The notes: a model not told the origin generated them from the sequence alone. A DNA stretch of 64,000 bases from an uncultured Anaerolineaceae bacterium (GCA_964389725.1 CAYMDV010000004.1:100145-164144), one strand, 5' to 3'. Numbered from the stretch's first letter, positions 1 to 9,267 are shown. Made by a program: numbers and translations.

Positions 1-941
1 TCGATCCGCCGCGCCAGCCCGGCCACGCTCAGGTCGCGGGCGTTCGGCACGACCGGCACGACCAGCCCCCGCTCCGTCGCGATCGCGATGCCGAGGTTCA
101 CGCGCCGGTAGCGGTGCAGCTCATCGCCGTGCCAGCGCGCGTTCAGTTCGGGGAAGTCCGTCAGCGTGTGCGCCACCGTCGAGGCGAAGTAGGGCAGGTA
201 CGTCAGATCCACCCCGACGAAGCGCTCCCGCTCCCGCGTCCGCAGCTCCACCAGCCCCGTCACGTCTACCTCGACCATCATCCAGGCCTGGGGCGCCTCC
301 GTCGTCGAGCGTGCCATGTTCTCGCCGATCTTCCGGCGCGTGGCGGAGAGGGGAACGATGTCGTACGCCTCGGAGGCCGCGACCGTCGCAACCTCGGGTG
401 GGGGTACCACCTCCCCGTCCGGGAGGGGGACGGGGGCGGCGGCGGGCGGAATGCCCTCCGCGACGGCCGCTTCCCGCTCGCGCGCGTCGATGACGGCCTG
501 CACGTCCTTGCGGGTCACGCGCCCCCCACGCCCGCTCCCCGCGATCGCCGTCAGGTCGATGTCGTGCCGGGCTGCCAGCCGCTGCACCACCGGCGAGTAC
601 ACGTCGGCCCGGCTGCCGTCGCTGGCGGGCTCCGGCGGAGCCGCCTCCGCCTCGACCGTCGCGGGCCCGCCTGCGGCCACGGGCACCGGCTCCGCCGGAG
701 CCGCGCCGCTCTCCTCGATGGTGCACAGCGGGGCGTCCACGTCGACGACCTCGCCCTCGGGCACCAGGATCTCGCCGAGAACGCCCTCGAAGGGCGAGGG
801 CAGCTCCGCTGCCACCTTTTCCGTCTCGATCTCGCAGAGCGGTTCATCCAGGGCAACGTTGTCGCCGGGCTGCTTCAGCCACTGCAGGACCGTGCCCTCC
901 GTGACGCTCTCGCCCAGCTGGGGCATCGTCACCGTCGCCAT
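1..941 (-). CDS. 2-oxoacid dehydrogenase E2 (dihydrolipoamide acyltransferase), branched-chain type; 3' end lies beyond window edge
   Basis: Not in the ORF track because it is open at the window edge. My reverse-strand translation from ATG (941-939) reads MATVTMPQLGESVTEGTVLQWLKQPGDNVALDEPLCEIETEKVAAELPSPFEG. This is a lipoyl domain with its Lys in ETEK. An Ala/Pro linker follows, then YSPVVQRLAARHDIDLTAIAGSGRGGRVTRKDV (peripheral subunit-binding domain). ATGA start/stop overlap with the E1-beta gene. Confidence 0.85.
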   Translation of the reverse strand, partial: MATVTMPQLGESVTEGTVLQWLKQPGDNVALDEPLCEIETEKVAAELPSPFEGVLGEILVPEGEVVDVDAPLCTIEESGAAPAEPVPVAAGGPATVEAEAAPPEPASDGSRADVYSPVVQRLAARHDIDLTAIAGSGRGGRVTRKDVQAVIDAREREAAVAEGIPPAAAPVPLPDGEVVPPPEVATVAASEAYDIVPLSATRRKIGENMARSTTEAPQAWMMVEVDVTGLVELRTRERERFVGVDLTYLPYFASTVAHTLTDFPELNARWHGDELHRYRRVNLGIAIATERGLVVPVVPNARDLSVAGLARRI

Positions 942-1918
942 CAGTAGGCCGCCAGGTCCCGCGCGGCGGCGGCGATCTTCTGCCGGTCGGGCAGGAAGAA
1001 CTCCTCCATCGCTTCGTGGAAGGGGACGGGGGGCACGTCGAGCCCCGCCAGCCGCCGGATGGGCGCGTCCAGATCCTCGAAGGCGTGCTCCGCGATGAGG
1101 GCCGCGATCTCGCCGCCGAATCCGCCCGTCAGCGTGTCCTCGTGCACGATCAGCACCTTGCCGGTCGCGCGCGCCGCCTCCAGCACCGTCTCGCGGTCGA
1201 GCGGGTTGAGCGTGAGCAGGTCGACGACCGTGCACTCGATGCCCTCGCTCGCGAGCTCCTCCGCGGCGGCGAGCGCTTCGTGCAGCATGAATCCGTAGGC
1301 GAACACGGTCAGGTCGTCGCCCCGCCGCGTAATCCGCGAGCGGCCGATCTGGTCCTCCGCCGGCGCCCCCTCGATCTCCTGCCGGATGAGCCGGTACGTC
1401 CGCTTGTGCTCCAGGAAGAGCACCGGGTTCGGGTCCGCGATGGCGGCCAGCAGCAGCGATCGGTAGTCCGCCGGGAAGGACGGCGCGACCACCTTGATGC
1501 CCGGCATGTGCGAGTAGTGCGCCTCGATGCTCTGCGAGTGGTGCTGCCCGCCGTGCACGCCCGCGCCCCAGGGCGTGCGCACGACCATCGGCAGGTACTG
1601 CTCGCCCATCGTCCGCCACGACCAGCGCGAGGCCTCGCTGCAGAGCTGGTCGAACCCCGCGTGGATGAAGTCGGCGAACTGGATCTCTGCGATGGGCCGC
1701 TGCCCGTAGTGCGCCGCCCCGATCGTGATCCCGATGATGGAGGACTCCGCGAGGGGCGTATCGAGCACGCGCCCGGGGTACTTCGTGGCGAGCCCGTCCG
1801 TCGCCCGGAAGACGCCTCCCGCCTCCAGGTCCTCGCCCAGCAGGAACACCCGGTCGTCCCCCGCGAGCGCTTCGTCGAGCGTCTCGCGCACGGCCTCGAG
1901 CACGCTCAGCTCAGCCAT
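941..1918 (-). CDS. 2-oxoisovalerate (branched-chain 2-oxoacid) dehydrogenase E1 beta subunit
   Basis: 325-aa ORF with typical E1-beta sequence (VFLLGEDLEAGGVFRAT...DTPLAESSIIGITIGAA...FADFIHAGFDQL...GIKVVAPS). Overlaps the E1-alpha stop and the E2 start, so it is in an operon. Confidence 0.93.
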   Translation of the reverse strand: MAELSVLEAVRETLDEALAGDDRVFLLGEDLEAGGVFRATDGLATKYPGRVLDTPLAESSIIGITIGAAHYGQRPIAEIQFADFIHAGFDQLCSEASRWSWRTMGEQYLPMVVRTPWGAGVHGGQHHSQSIEAHYSHMPGIKVVAPSFPADYRSLLLAAIADPNPVLFLEHKRTYRLIRQEIEGAPAEDQIGRSRITRRGDDLTVFAYGFMLHEALAAAEELASEGIECTVVDLLTLNPLDRETVLEAARATGKVLIVHEDTLTGGFGGEIAALIAEHAFEDLDAPIRRLAGLDVPPVPFHEAMEEFFLPDRQKIAAAARDLAAY

Positions 1919-2942
1919 CCAGCGCCTCCCGGTAGACGAAGCCGAGAGCGTCCTCGGGCACCGGGTCGGGCTGGTCGAACGCCCACTTCGAGGCCGCCCG
2001 CACCTCTACGTCGACGCCCGACTCGATGGCGTCGAGGTCCTCCGGCGGGAACAGGCAATCCTCCTCCACGCGCGAGCGGAACAGGGCGATGGGGTCGCGG
2101 CTGGCCCAGTTCTCTAGCTCCTCGCGGGGGCGGTAGCGGCGGTGGTCGTCGTCGCTCGAATGCGCCCACATGCGGAAGCACTTCGCCTCGATCAGGAACG
2201 GTCCCCCGCCCCGCCGCGCCTGGTCGACGGCGGGCCGCACGGTCTGGTAGACGGCGATCGCGTCGAGCCCGTCGACAACGGCGCTCTGGATGCCGTAGGC
2301 GGAGGCGCGGTCGGCCACGTGCGGCACGGACATCTCCTTCTCCGTGCGCTCCGAGATGGCGTACCCGTTGTTCTCCACGAAGAAGATGACCGGGAGCTTG
2401 TGGATGGCCGCGAAGTTGAGCGCTTCGTGGAAGTCGCCGCGGCTCGTGCTCCCCTCGCCGCAGCTGGCGAAGGCCACGATCGGGTCGTTGCGCATCTTCG
2501 CCGCCAGCGCCACCCCCACGGCGTGGACCAGCTGCGTCGCCACCACGCTCGACTGCGTGAGCACTCGCCGCTCGGCGCTCCCCCAGTGCGAGGGCATCTG
2601 GCGGCCGAACGAATTCGGGTCGTCGCGCTTGCCGAGAGCATTCAGCATCGCCTCCCGCGCGGTCATGCCCAGCACCAGCATCACGCCCAGGTCGCGGTAG
2701 TACGGCGCCGCGTAATCGACACCCGGCTTGAGCGCCATCCCCGCACCCACCTGCGCCGCCTCCTGCCCCGCCCCGGCGATGACGAAGTCGGCCCGCCCCT
2801 GACGGTTCAGGGTCATCATCCGCTCCTCCAACCGGCGGGAGAGCAGCATGTAGCGATACATCGCCTCGAGCTGCTCCTCGCTCAGGAGGTAGTCGTGGAG
2901 CATTTCCGTCGAGCGTGGCGCACGGGTCTGGCTGGCGGTCAT
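1911..2942 (-). CDS. 2-oxoisovalerate dehydrogenase E1 alpha subunit (TPP-dependent)
   Basis: The ORF track gives 1911..2963 with a TTG start. I prefer ATG at 2942 (MTASQ...), which has an AAGGGA RBS-like element upstream. TPP-binding region: CGEGSTSRGDFHEALNFAAIHKLPVIFFVENNGYAIS. Confidence 0.92.
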   Translation of the reverse strand: MTASQTRAPRSTEMLHDYLLSEEQLEAMYRYMLLSRRLEERMMTLNRQGRADFVIAGAGQEAAQVGAGMALKPGVDYAAPYYRDLGVMLVLGMTAREAMLNALGKRDDPNSFGRQMPSHWGSAERRVLTQSSVVATQLVHAVGVALAAKMRNDPIVAFASCGEGSTSRGDFHEALNFAAIHKLPVIFFVENNGYAISERTEKEMSVPHVADRASAYGIQSAVVDGLDAIAVYQTVRPAVDQARRGGGPFLIEAKCFRMWAHSSDDDHRRYRPREELENWASRDPIALFRSRVEEDCLFPPEDLDAIESGVDVEVRAASKWAFDQPDPVPEDALGFVYREALDG

Positions 2943-2995
2943 GGGGTAGCTATCCCTTCGCAATCCATGCTAGCAGGGTGGGTAAGAGGGGTCCG

Positions 2996-3304
2996 TTAGT
3001 CCCCTTCCATCGGTGGCAGGGCTGGCGTGATGTCCGTCAGCGAGAAGTTCCCCTTCCCCTTCGGCACGCCGCGTTCGTCGTAGAGGTACTCGCCGTGGGT
3101 CAGGGAGAGCTCCTCCCCCGCGGCGAGGGCGGGGTCGCGTTCCCGCGCGATGGCGGCAGTCCGCCTGCCAATCGCCAACAGTTCGCGAGCAAGCTCCTCG
3201 CGCTCAAGACGCTCCCGCAGGGCGACGGTGATGGCGCGGGTCTTGGTCTCACCCGTCAGCTCGGCCAGTTCTTCGGCGAGGCGGCAGGTCTCTTCGTTCT
3301 CCAT
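2996..3304 (-). CDS. VapB / Rv0623-like (PSK family) type II antitoxin-like protein; no adjacent toxin
   Basis: C-terminal 102 codons of track ORF 2996..3883, starting at ATG 3304: MENEETCRLAEELAELTGETKTRAITVALRERLERE...LTHGEYLYDERGVPK. It has the layout of Rv0623-like antitoxins: an N-terminal RHH-like 'TKTxAI' segment and a C-terminal 'LYDE-GLP'-type tail. The rest of the track ORF is Arg/Gly-rich shadow sequence. Confidence 0.6.
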   Translation of the reverse strand: MENEETCRLAEELAELTGETKTRAITVALRERLEREELARELLAIGRRTAAIARERDPALAAGEELSLTHGEYLYDERGVPKGKGNFSLTDITPALPPMEGD

Positions 3305-3397
3305 GCTGAGGTTCCCTTCCCACCCTCCGCTACGAGCGCAGCACCACCAGAAGGTCACCCCAGCCTGCGCCTCCTCCCCTTCCCTTATCCTTGCCCC

Positions 3398-4111
3398 ATG
3401 TGCGGACGCTTCACGATGACTATCGACGACGTCGGGGCCGTGGCCGAGGCCTTCGGCGTGGCCTCGGGCGAGCTCCCGCCGGTCCAGGCGCGCTTCAACA
3501 TCGCTCCCACCGACGAGCACGTCGTCGTGCGCATGCGTCGCGAGGATCGCGAGCTGTTGTCGGCGCGCTGGGGGCTGGTGAAGTACGGGTCGAAGGACCG
3601 CAAGCAGGCTGCGCGCGGCATCAACGCCCGCGTGGAAGGCGTCGAGAAGCGTCCCCTCTACCGGGAGGCCTTCCGCAAGCGCCGCTGCGTCGTACCCGCC
3701 GATGGCTACTACGAGTGGACGGGCACGAAGGAGAACCGCCAGCCGTTCTGGTTCCACCGCCCCAACGGCGAACTGCTTGCGTTCGCCGGGCTCTACGAGT
3801 GGTGGCGCCCCACCCCGGAGAGCTGGGAGGCGACCTTCACCATCCTCACCTGCCCGCCCAACGACCTCGCCGCCCGCGTCCACGACCGCATGCCCGTCAT
3901 CCTGCCGGAGGACCGCGTCGACGACTGGATCTTCGCTGGTGATCGGGAACCGGAGGAGCTGAAGGCGCTGCTGGGACCAGTGCCCGAAGACTACCTGGTC
4001 GTGCGGCCCGTCTCCCAGCGGGTGAACAGCGTTCGCAACGACGGCCCCGACCTCATCGAGGAGTTGACCTCCGAGACCGGCGACCAGCTCGATCTCTTCG
4101 GCGAAGGGTAA
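3398..4111 (+). CDS. SOS response-associated peptidase (SRAP / YedK-HMCES family), abasic-site DNA-protein crosslink protein
   Basis: In-frame ATG at 3398 within track ORF 2915..4111. The protein starts MCGRF (catalytic Cys2) and carries SARWGLV, VPADGYYEW, FAGLYEWW and DRMPVIL, the hallmark SRAP motifs. Confidence 0.9.
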   Translation: MCGRFTMTIDDVGAVAEAFGVASGELPPVQARFNIAPTDEHVVVRMRREDRELLSARWGLVKYGSKDRKQAARGINARVEGVEKRPLYREAFRKRRCVVPADGYYEWTGTKENRQPFWFHRPNGELLAFAGLYEWWRPTPESWEATFTILTCPPNDLAARVHDRMPVILPEDRVDDWIFAGDREPEELKALLGPVPEDYLVVRPVSQRVNSVRNDGPDLIEELTSETGDQLDLFGEG

Positions 4112-4296
4112 GGACGCCCACGCGCGGGGCCGTGGTTGACAGTCGGGCGACTCCCTATCATGGTCGCAGGGTCGGGATACCGTTCCGGGGAGTTTGAGCG
4201 TCGCGCTACGCGGCGAGCCCGGGCGAGGCGGCGGCTTCCTTCGTCGTTATCGTGGTTGAAGCACGAGCCCGCCGCCCGGAAGAGGAGCGCCAGCGA

Positions 4297-5694
4297 GTGA
4301 GCACAGTCGAGCGTCCAGGGACCATCGGTGAGTTGCGGGAATCGGGCTACGAGCCCCTCCCCGTGCGCGAGGAGATGCGCAGGAACCTGATCGCGCGCAT
4401 CCGCTCGGGGGAGGAGCTCTTCCCCGGCGTCTACGGCTACGACGAGACCGTCATCCCCCACATCGTGAACGCCATTCTCGCCGGCCAGGACATCATTTTC
4501 CTGGGCGAGCGAGGCCAGGCGAAGTCCCGCATCATCCGCTCCCTCACGAGCCTTCTCGACGAGGCCTACCCCGTCCTCGCCGGCTGCGAGATCCCCGAGG
4601 ATCCCTTCGACCCGATCACCACCCAGGGCCGCCAGATCCTCGAAGAACAGGGCGACTCAGCCCCACTCGTCTGGCTCGACCGCAGCCAGCGCTACGGCGA
4701 GAAGCTGGCCACCCCCGATATCACCATCGCCGACCTCATCGGCGAGGTCGATCCCATCAAGGTCGCCGAGGGCCGCTACCTCTCCGACGAGCTCACGATC
4801 CACTACGGGCTCGTGCCGCGCACGAACCACGGCATCTTCTGCATCAACGAGCTGCCCGATCTCGCCGAGCGCATCCAGGTCGGCCTCCTCAACATCATGG
4901 AGGAACGCGACGTCCAGATCCGCGGCTACCGTGTGCGCCTGCCCCTCGACGTATTCGTCGTCGCCAGCGCCAACCCCGAGGACTACACCAACCGCGGCCG
5001 CATCATCACCCCCCTCAAGGACCGCTACGGGGCGCAGGTGCGGACGCACTACCCCCAGCGCATCGAGCACGAGATGGACATCGTCGAGGCGGAGCACCAC
5101 CCCGTCCCCGCCGACTTCAGCGTGGCCGTCCCCGCCTACATGAAGGAGATCATCGCCGAGATCACGCGCCTGGCCCGGCGCAGCCCCGACGTCAACCAGC
5201 GCTCCGGTGTGAGCGTCCGCGCAAGCATCGCGAACTACGAGAGCATGCTCGCCAACTCACTCCGCCGCGCCATCGTGAACGAGGAGCAGGAGGCCGTCCC
5301 CCGCGTCAGCGACCTGCCCTTCGTCGTCCCCACCCTCAGCGGCAAGGTCGAGCTCGAGACCATCGAGGACGGTCGCGAGGAGCAGATCATCGAGAAGCTC
5401 ATCCAGGGCGCGGTCGTCGCCGTCTTCAACCGGCTCTACAACCTCAACGACCTCGAACCGATCGTGGCGCGCTTCAAGGCGGGCATCTCCGTGGAGGTCG
5501 GGGAGATGACGGCCAGCGACGACTACAAGGGCTTGCTCAACACCATCGAGGGGCTCGACGAGGCCCTGCGCGTGGTGGAGGCGAGCTCCCCCGGGGAGGT
5601 CGCCGCAGGCACCGAGTTCATCCTTGAGGGCCTGCACTTGAACAAGCGGCTCAACAAGGATCGGGTCGGAGCGAAGATCCAGTATCGGGGATGA
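4297..5694 (+). CDS. AAA+ ATPase, Mg-chelatase ChlI/MoxR-related family protein
   Basis: Track ORF 4252..5694. GTG at 4297 is preceded by GAGGAG about 9 nt upstream. Walker A-like FLGERGQAKSR; Walker B region FCINELPDL; CINE...LLNIMEERDVQIRG is typical of ChlI-like ATPases. The start is uncertain (4252 or 4297). Confidence 0.8.
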   Translation: MSTVERPGTIGELRESGYEPLPVREEMRRNLIARIRSGEELFPGVYGYDETVIPHIVNAILAGQDIIFLGERGQAKSRIIRSLTSLLDEAYPVLAGCEIPEDPFDPITTQGRQILEEQGDSAPLVWLDRSQRYGEKLATPDITIADLIGEVDPIKVAEGRYLSDELTIHYGLVPRTNHGIFCINELPDLAERIQVGLLNIMEERDVQIRGYRVRLPLDVFVVASANPEDYTNRGRIITPLKDRYGAQVRTHYPQRIEHEMDIVEAEHHPVPADFSVAVPAYMKEIIAEITRLARRSPDVNQRSGVSVRASIANYESMLANSLRRAIVNEEQEAVPRVSDLPFVVPTLSGKVELETIEDGREEQIIEKLIQGAVVAVFNRLYNLNDLEPIVARFKAGISVEVGEMTASDDYKGLLNTIEGLDEALRVVEASSPGEVAAGTEFILEGLHLNKRLNKDRVGAKIQYRG

Positions 5695-6245
5695 GCTGGC
5701 GAGTCGAACCCTTTCCCGAAGATGGCCCCCTGTTCGAGGGGGCCATCGCCGTCTACGCGGCGGCCTTCGCTCCCCCTCCCTACAGCGATCCTGACCGCGG
5801 GGAGGAGATCCGCTACCGTCTCAGCAAGCTGCACCGCGATCGTGAGGGATTCCGCGGCTTCATCGCCCTCGGCGAACCGGACGCCCCCGGCCTCCCCGCC
5901 CACGGCGTCGTCGGCATGACCTACGGCTACCGCAGCCTGCGCGGCCAGTGGTGGCGCGATGCCGTCGCCCGCGAGCTCGACCGGCGGTCGCGCAAGCGCT
6001 GGCTGGATAGCGCCTACGAACTCGTCGAAATCGCGACCCACCCCGACTTCCAGAGCCGCGGCATCGGCGGCTTGCTCGTGGAACGGCTCCTGGAGGGCCG
6101 CCCCGAGTCGACGTGCGTCCTCAGCACCCGCACCGATAGCCGCGCCCACGAGCTGTACGCCCGCCTCGGTTTCGAGGTCATCACGGAGATGGCCTTCACC
6201 CCCGGCGGCGCCCCCTTCTACGTCATGGGGAAGCAGCTGCGCTAG
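5691..6245 (+). CDS. GNAT family N-acetyltransferase
   Basis: 184-aa ORF with the acetyl-CoA binding motif HPDFQSRGIGGLLVERLL (Q/RxxGxG). ATGA overlap with the upstream ATPase gene. Confidence 0.85.
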   Translation: MSWRVEPFPEDGPLFEGAIAVYAAAFAPPPYSDPDRGEEIRYRLSKLHRDREGFRGFIALGEPDAPGLPAHGVVGMTYGYRSLRGQWWRDAVARELDRRSRKRWLDSAYELVEIATHPDFQSRGIGGLLVERLLEGRPESTCVLSTRTDSRAHELYARLGFEVITEMAFTPGGAPFYVMGKQLR

Positions 6246-6268
6246 GGCTTGCGCCGGGTCGACAAAAG

Positions 6269-6586
6269 ATGGCAAGCTACAAGAGCATGGCGACGAAACT
6301 GACGGAAGCCAAAGCTCGCGACCTGTTCGGGGATCTTGAGGAGCGCGCCCGCGAGCTGGAAGCCTTCTCGCGCGGCGCACGGACCTTTGCAGTCCACCAG
6401 GCCCGCCTTGAGGCCGACCACGAAGGTCGGTGGATTGCCATCCATGAGGATGACACCGAAGCCGCCCGAGTTGTTGTCGGGGAAGGCATCGAACAATTGA
6501 GGACGGCCCTGGAGGACAGCGGAGTGCGTGAGGGTGAGTGCTTCGTCCGTTTCGTGTCCAGACCCAGGGGAAAACTGATCGTCTAG
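6269..6586 (+). CDS. small DUF5678-like protein (hypothetical)
   Basis: 105-aa ORF. The segment HEGRWIAIHEDDTEAARVVVGEGIEQLRTAL...FVRFV resembles the 'GKWVAI-dG-VV..g.d..el' pattern of DUF5678-type small proteins. The domain assignment comes from memory of the family pattern, not from a search. The local sequence is visibly more A/T-rich. Confidence 0.6.
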   Translation: MASYKSMATKLTEAKARDLFGDLEERARELEAFSRGARTFAVHQARLEADHEGRWIAIHEDDTEAARVVVGEGIEQLRTALEDSGVREGECFVRFVSRPRGKLIV

Positions 6587-6588
6587 CG

Positions 6589-7032
6589 ATGGCGCTGGTT
6601 GGCTGGGTCCAGGATCCTAGTGGCTGCCCGTACATTGATGCGTTTGTCAGGACTCCTGCAGGGGTTCACACCAGCAGGATCTCCTTCCTGGTGGACACAG
6701 GAGCAGAGACATCGTTCCTGATGCCCCTGGACGCCCGCGCCCTCGGTGTCGACTACGAACGGCTGACTCTCTCTCCCGACTCAACCACAGGCATCGGCGG
6801 TGAAGCTCGCTACTACCAGGAACAGGCACTCGTGACGTTCTTCGATAGCGAGCACATCTACATGTACGAGCTCGCACTCGAGATTGCCGAGCCTACCGAA
6901 CATAATCTCGGTATCCCCTCCCTGCTCGGTCGCGACATCCTCAGCCGCTGGCTGCTGCGGTACGAGGCTCCCCGCGGTCTCCTCTCCGCCGAGGTCGACT
7001 CCGCCGACCTGGTGGTCTCACGCGCGGGCTAG
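6589..7032 (+). CDS. retropepsin-like (clan AA) aspartic protease
   Basis: In-frame ATG at 6589, 2 nt after the stop of the preceding gene, within track ORF 6538..7032. Active-site signature FLVDTGAETSFL (D-T-G-A), then a later GIPSLLGRDIL flap/dimer-like segment. Confidence 0.75.
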   Translation: MALVGWVQDPSGCPYIDAFVRTPAGVHTSRISFLVDTGAETSFLMPLDARALGVDYERLTLSPDSTTGIGGEARYYQEQALVTFFDSEHIYMYELALEIAEPTEHNLGIPSLLGRDILSRWLLRYEAPRGLLSAEVDSADLVVSRAG

Positions 7033-7047
7033 GAGGCTCGGAGTCGC

Positions 7048-8280
7048 CTACGCCCCCAGCCGTGTCGGGTTCTCCAGGGCCGTCTGGATCTCCTTCAGGA
7101 AGCGCGCCCCCTCCGCCCCGTCCGTGACGCGGTGGTCGGCGCTCAGCGCGAGCGTCATCAGCTGGCGGATGGCGACTTCGCCGTCCACGACCGCCGGCCG
7201 CTCGGTCACCGAGCCCGCCCCCAGGATGGCCGCCTGCCCCGCGTTGATGATCCCCACCAGCACGTCGATGCCGTAGGCCCCGAGGTTCGTGATCGTGAAC
7301 GTGCCGCGCGTGTACTCCTCGGCCCGCAGCTTGCCCGCCCGCGCCCGCTCGACGAGCGCCTTCGACTCCTCCGCGATGACGGGGAGCGGCTTCGAGGCCA
7401 CGTCCAGCAGGGCGGGCGCAATCAGCCCCTCGTCCAGGGCCACCCCGATGTTGATGTCCATCGTGTCGTGGTACTGGATGCCTTCGTCCGTCAGGGAGGC
7501 GTTGAACTTCGGGTGGCTCAGCAGTGCGACCGCGCACGCCCGCACCAGCAGGTCGTTCACGCTCACGCGCTGCGTCTCCCCCAGCACCAGGTTGACGTGC
7601 CGCCGGAAGGCCATCGCCTCGGTCATGTCCACGTCGACGGTGAGGTAGTAGTGCGGCTGTTGCTGCTTCGCGTCGCTCATGTTGCGGGCGATGGCGGCGC
7701 GCATGCGCGAAAGCGGCTCGATCCGCGCGGGGTCCACCGGTGGTGGCGGCGGCGGCGGTGTGGGCGCCACCGTCGGGACGCCCGCGGGCGCGTGCTGGTC
7801 GCGGGCCGCGATGGCCGCCTCCACGTCGCGCCGCAGGATGCGCCCGTCCGGGCCGGAACCCGTGACCGTGTCGATGTCGATGCCCGCATCGTCCGCGATG
7901 CGCCGCGCCACCGGCGAGACCCGCACCCGGCGCGACCCGAACGTCTCGTCGACGGCGTCGGCGCTCGCCTCCGCGGCGGCGACCGCGCGGGGGTTGGGCT
8001 TCTCGGGGCGGGGTCGGCGCTCCACCTCGGGCATGGGTTCATCCGCGTCCCCCAGCAGGGCGATGACGTCTCCCACCGGGATGACATCCCCCTCCTCGGC
8101 GACGACTTGCCGGAGCACGCCCGCCTCGAATGCCTCGAGCTCGACCGTCGCCTTGTCCGTCTCGATCTCCGCGATGATGTCGCCGCGCTCGATCGTGTCG
8201 CCGGGGGCCTTGAGCCAGCGCACAAGGGTGCCTTCCGTCATGTCGGCGCCCATCTGGGGCATCACTACTTCAAGAGCCAT
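7048..8280 (-). CDS. dihydrolipoamide acetyltransferase (E2) of pyruvate/acetoin dehydrogenase-type complex
   Basis: Lipoyl domain (GDIIAEIETDKATVELEAF), a PPPPPPP linker, a subunit-binding domain (VSPVARRIADDAGIDIDTVTGSGPDGRILRRDV) and the catalytic motif SADHRVTDGAEGARFL. Confidence 0.95.
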   Translation of the reverse strand: MALEVVMPQMGADMTEGTLVRWLKAPGDTIERGDIIAEIETDKATVELEAFEAGVLRQVVAEEGDVIPVGDVIALLGDADEPMPEVERRPRPEKPNPRAVAAAEASADAVDETFGSRRVRVSPVARRIADDAGIDIDTVTGSGPDGRILRRDVEAAIAARDQHAPAGVPTVAPTPPPPPPPVDPARIEPLSRMRAAIARNMSDAKQQQPHYYLTVDVDMTEAMAFRRHVNLVLGETQRVSVNDLLVRACAVALLSHPKFNASLTDEGIQYHDTMDINIGVALDEGLIAPALLDVASKPLPVIAEESKALVERARAGKLRAEEYTRGTFTITNLGAYGIDVLVGIINAGQAAILGAGSVTERPAVVDGEVAIRQLMTLALSADHRVTDGAEGARFLKEIQTALENPTRLGA

Positions 8281-8289
8281 GTGCGCCTC

Positions 8290-9267
8290 CTAGAGCATCG
8301 CCAGGACCGCCTCTGCCACGTCCTCCTCGGACGGCAGGGCGGCGTATTCGAGATTTCGGTTGTAGGGCATGGGCACGTCTGCTCCGGCCACCCGCGCCAC
8401 GGGCGCATCCAGCCAGTCGAAGGCGCGCTCCATGATCTGCGCGGCGATCTCCCCCGCGAAGCCCCCGAACTTCCAGTCGTCTTCCACCACGACTGCGCGG
8501 TTCGTGCGTTTCACCGAACGGATCACCGTCGACATGTCCAGCGGGCGGATGGTGCGAAGATCGATCACGTCGGCGCTCAGGCCGTGCTCCCCCGCGAGGA
8601 TGTCGGCGGCCCGCAGGCACTGGTGCACGCTGCCGCTGTAGCCCACGAGGGTGACGTCGCTGCCCGAGCGCACCGTCGCCGCCTGCCCGAACTCGATCAG
8701 GTGGTCGGGGTCGTCCGAGACCTCCCCGCGCGTGCCATAGAGCGCCGTGTGCTCGATGAAGACGACCGGGTTCGGCTCGCGGAAGGACCGCTTCAGCAAC
8801 GCCTTGGCGTCGCCCGGGAAGGCCGGGCACACGACCGTCAGACCCGGGAAGTGGGCGAACATCCCCTCCAGGCTGTGGCTGTGCGTCGCCCCGAGCTGGC
8901 TGCCCCCGCCGCTCGCCATGCGCAGCACCAGGGGCACGTTCACCTGCCCGCCGCTCATGTAGTGGAGCTTCGAGGCGTTGTTCACGATCTGGTCGAGGGC
9001 CACGAGGCTGAAGTTGATGGTCATGATCTCGACCATCGGGATGAATCCCGCCAGCGCCGCCCCCACGCCCGCGCCCACGATGCCCGACTCGGAGATGGGC
9101 GTGTCTCGCACCCGCTCCGGGCCGAACTCGTCGAGCAGGCCCCGCGTGCAGGCGTAGGAGCCCCCGTAGGCGCCGATGTCCTCGCCCATCAGGAAAACGC
9201 GCTCGTCGCGCAGCATCTCCTCCCGCATCGCCTCGCGGATGGCGTCGCGCATGCGCTGCTCCGTCAC
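8290..9267 (-). CDS. pyruvate/acetoin dehydrogenase E1 beta subunit
   Basis: 325-aa ORF; VFLMGEDIGAYGGSY...DTPISESGIVGAGVGAALAG...FPGLTVVCPAFP. Sits in the operon between E1-alpha and E2. Confidence 0.95.
   Translation of the reverse strand: MTEQRMRDAIREAMREEMLRDERVFLMGEDIGAYGGSYACTRGLLDEFGPERVRDTPISESGIVGAGVGAALAGFIPMVEIMTINFSLVALDQIVNNASKLHYMSGGQVNVPLVLRMASGGGSQLGATHSHSLEGMFAHFPGLTVVCPAFPGDAKALLKRSFREPNPVVFIEHTALYGTRGEVSDDPDHLIEFGQAATVRSGSDVTLVGYSGSVHQCLRAADILAGEHGLSADVIDLRTIRPLDMSTVIRSVKRTNRAVVVEDDWKFGGFAGEIAAQIMERAFDWLDAPVARVAGADVPMPYNRNLEYAALPSEEDVAEAVLAML

Noticed and set aside
1016-2389. 457-aa + strand ORF across the BCKDH E1 genes
   Set aside because: It is antisense to two genes with clear E1-alpha/E1-beta motifs. 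Its translation is Arg/Gly/Pro/Ala-rich with no motifs, a typical high-G+C shadow ORF.
4136-4161. TTGACA ... TATCAT promoter-like pair upstream of the AAA+ ATPase gene
   Set aside because: The spacer is only 14 nt by my count, outside the usual 16-18 nt, so it is not reported as a promoter.
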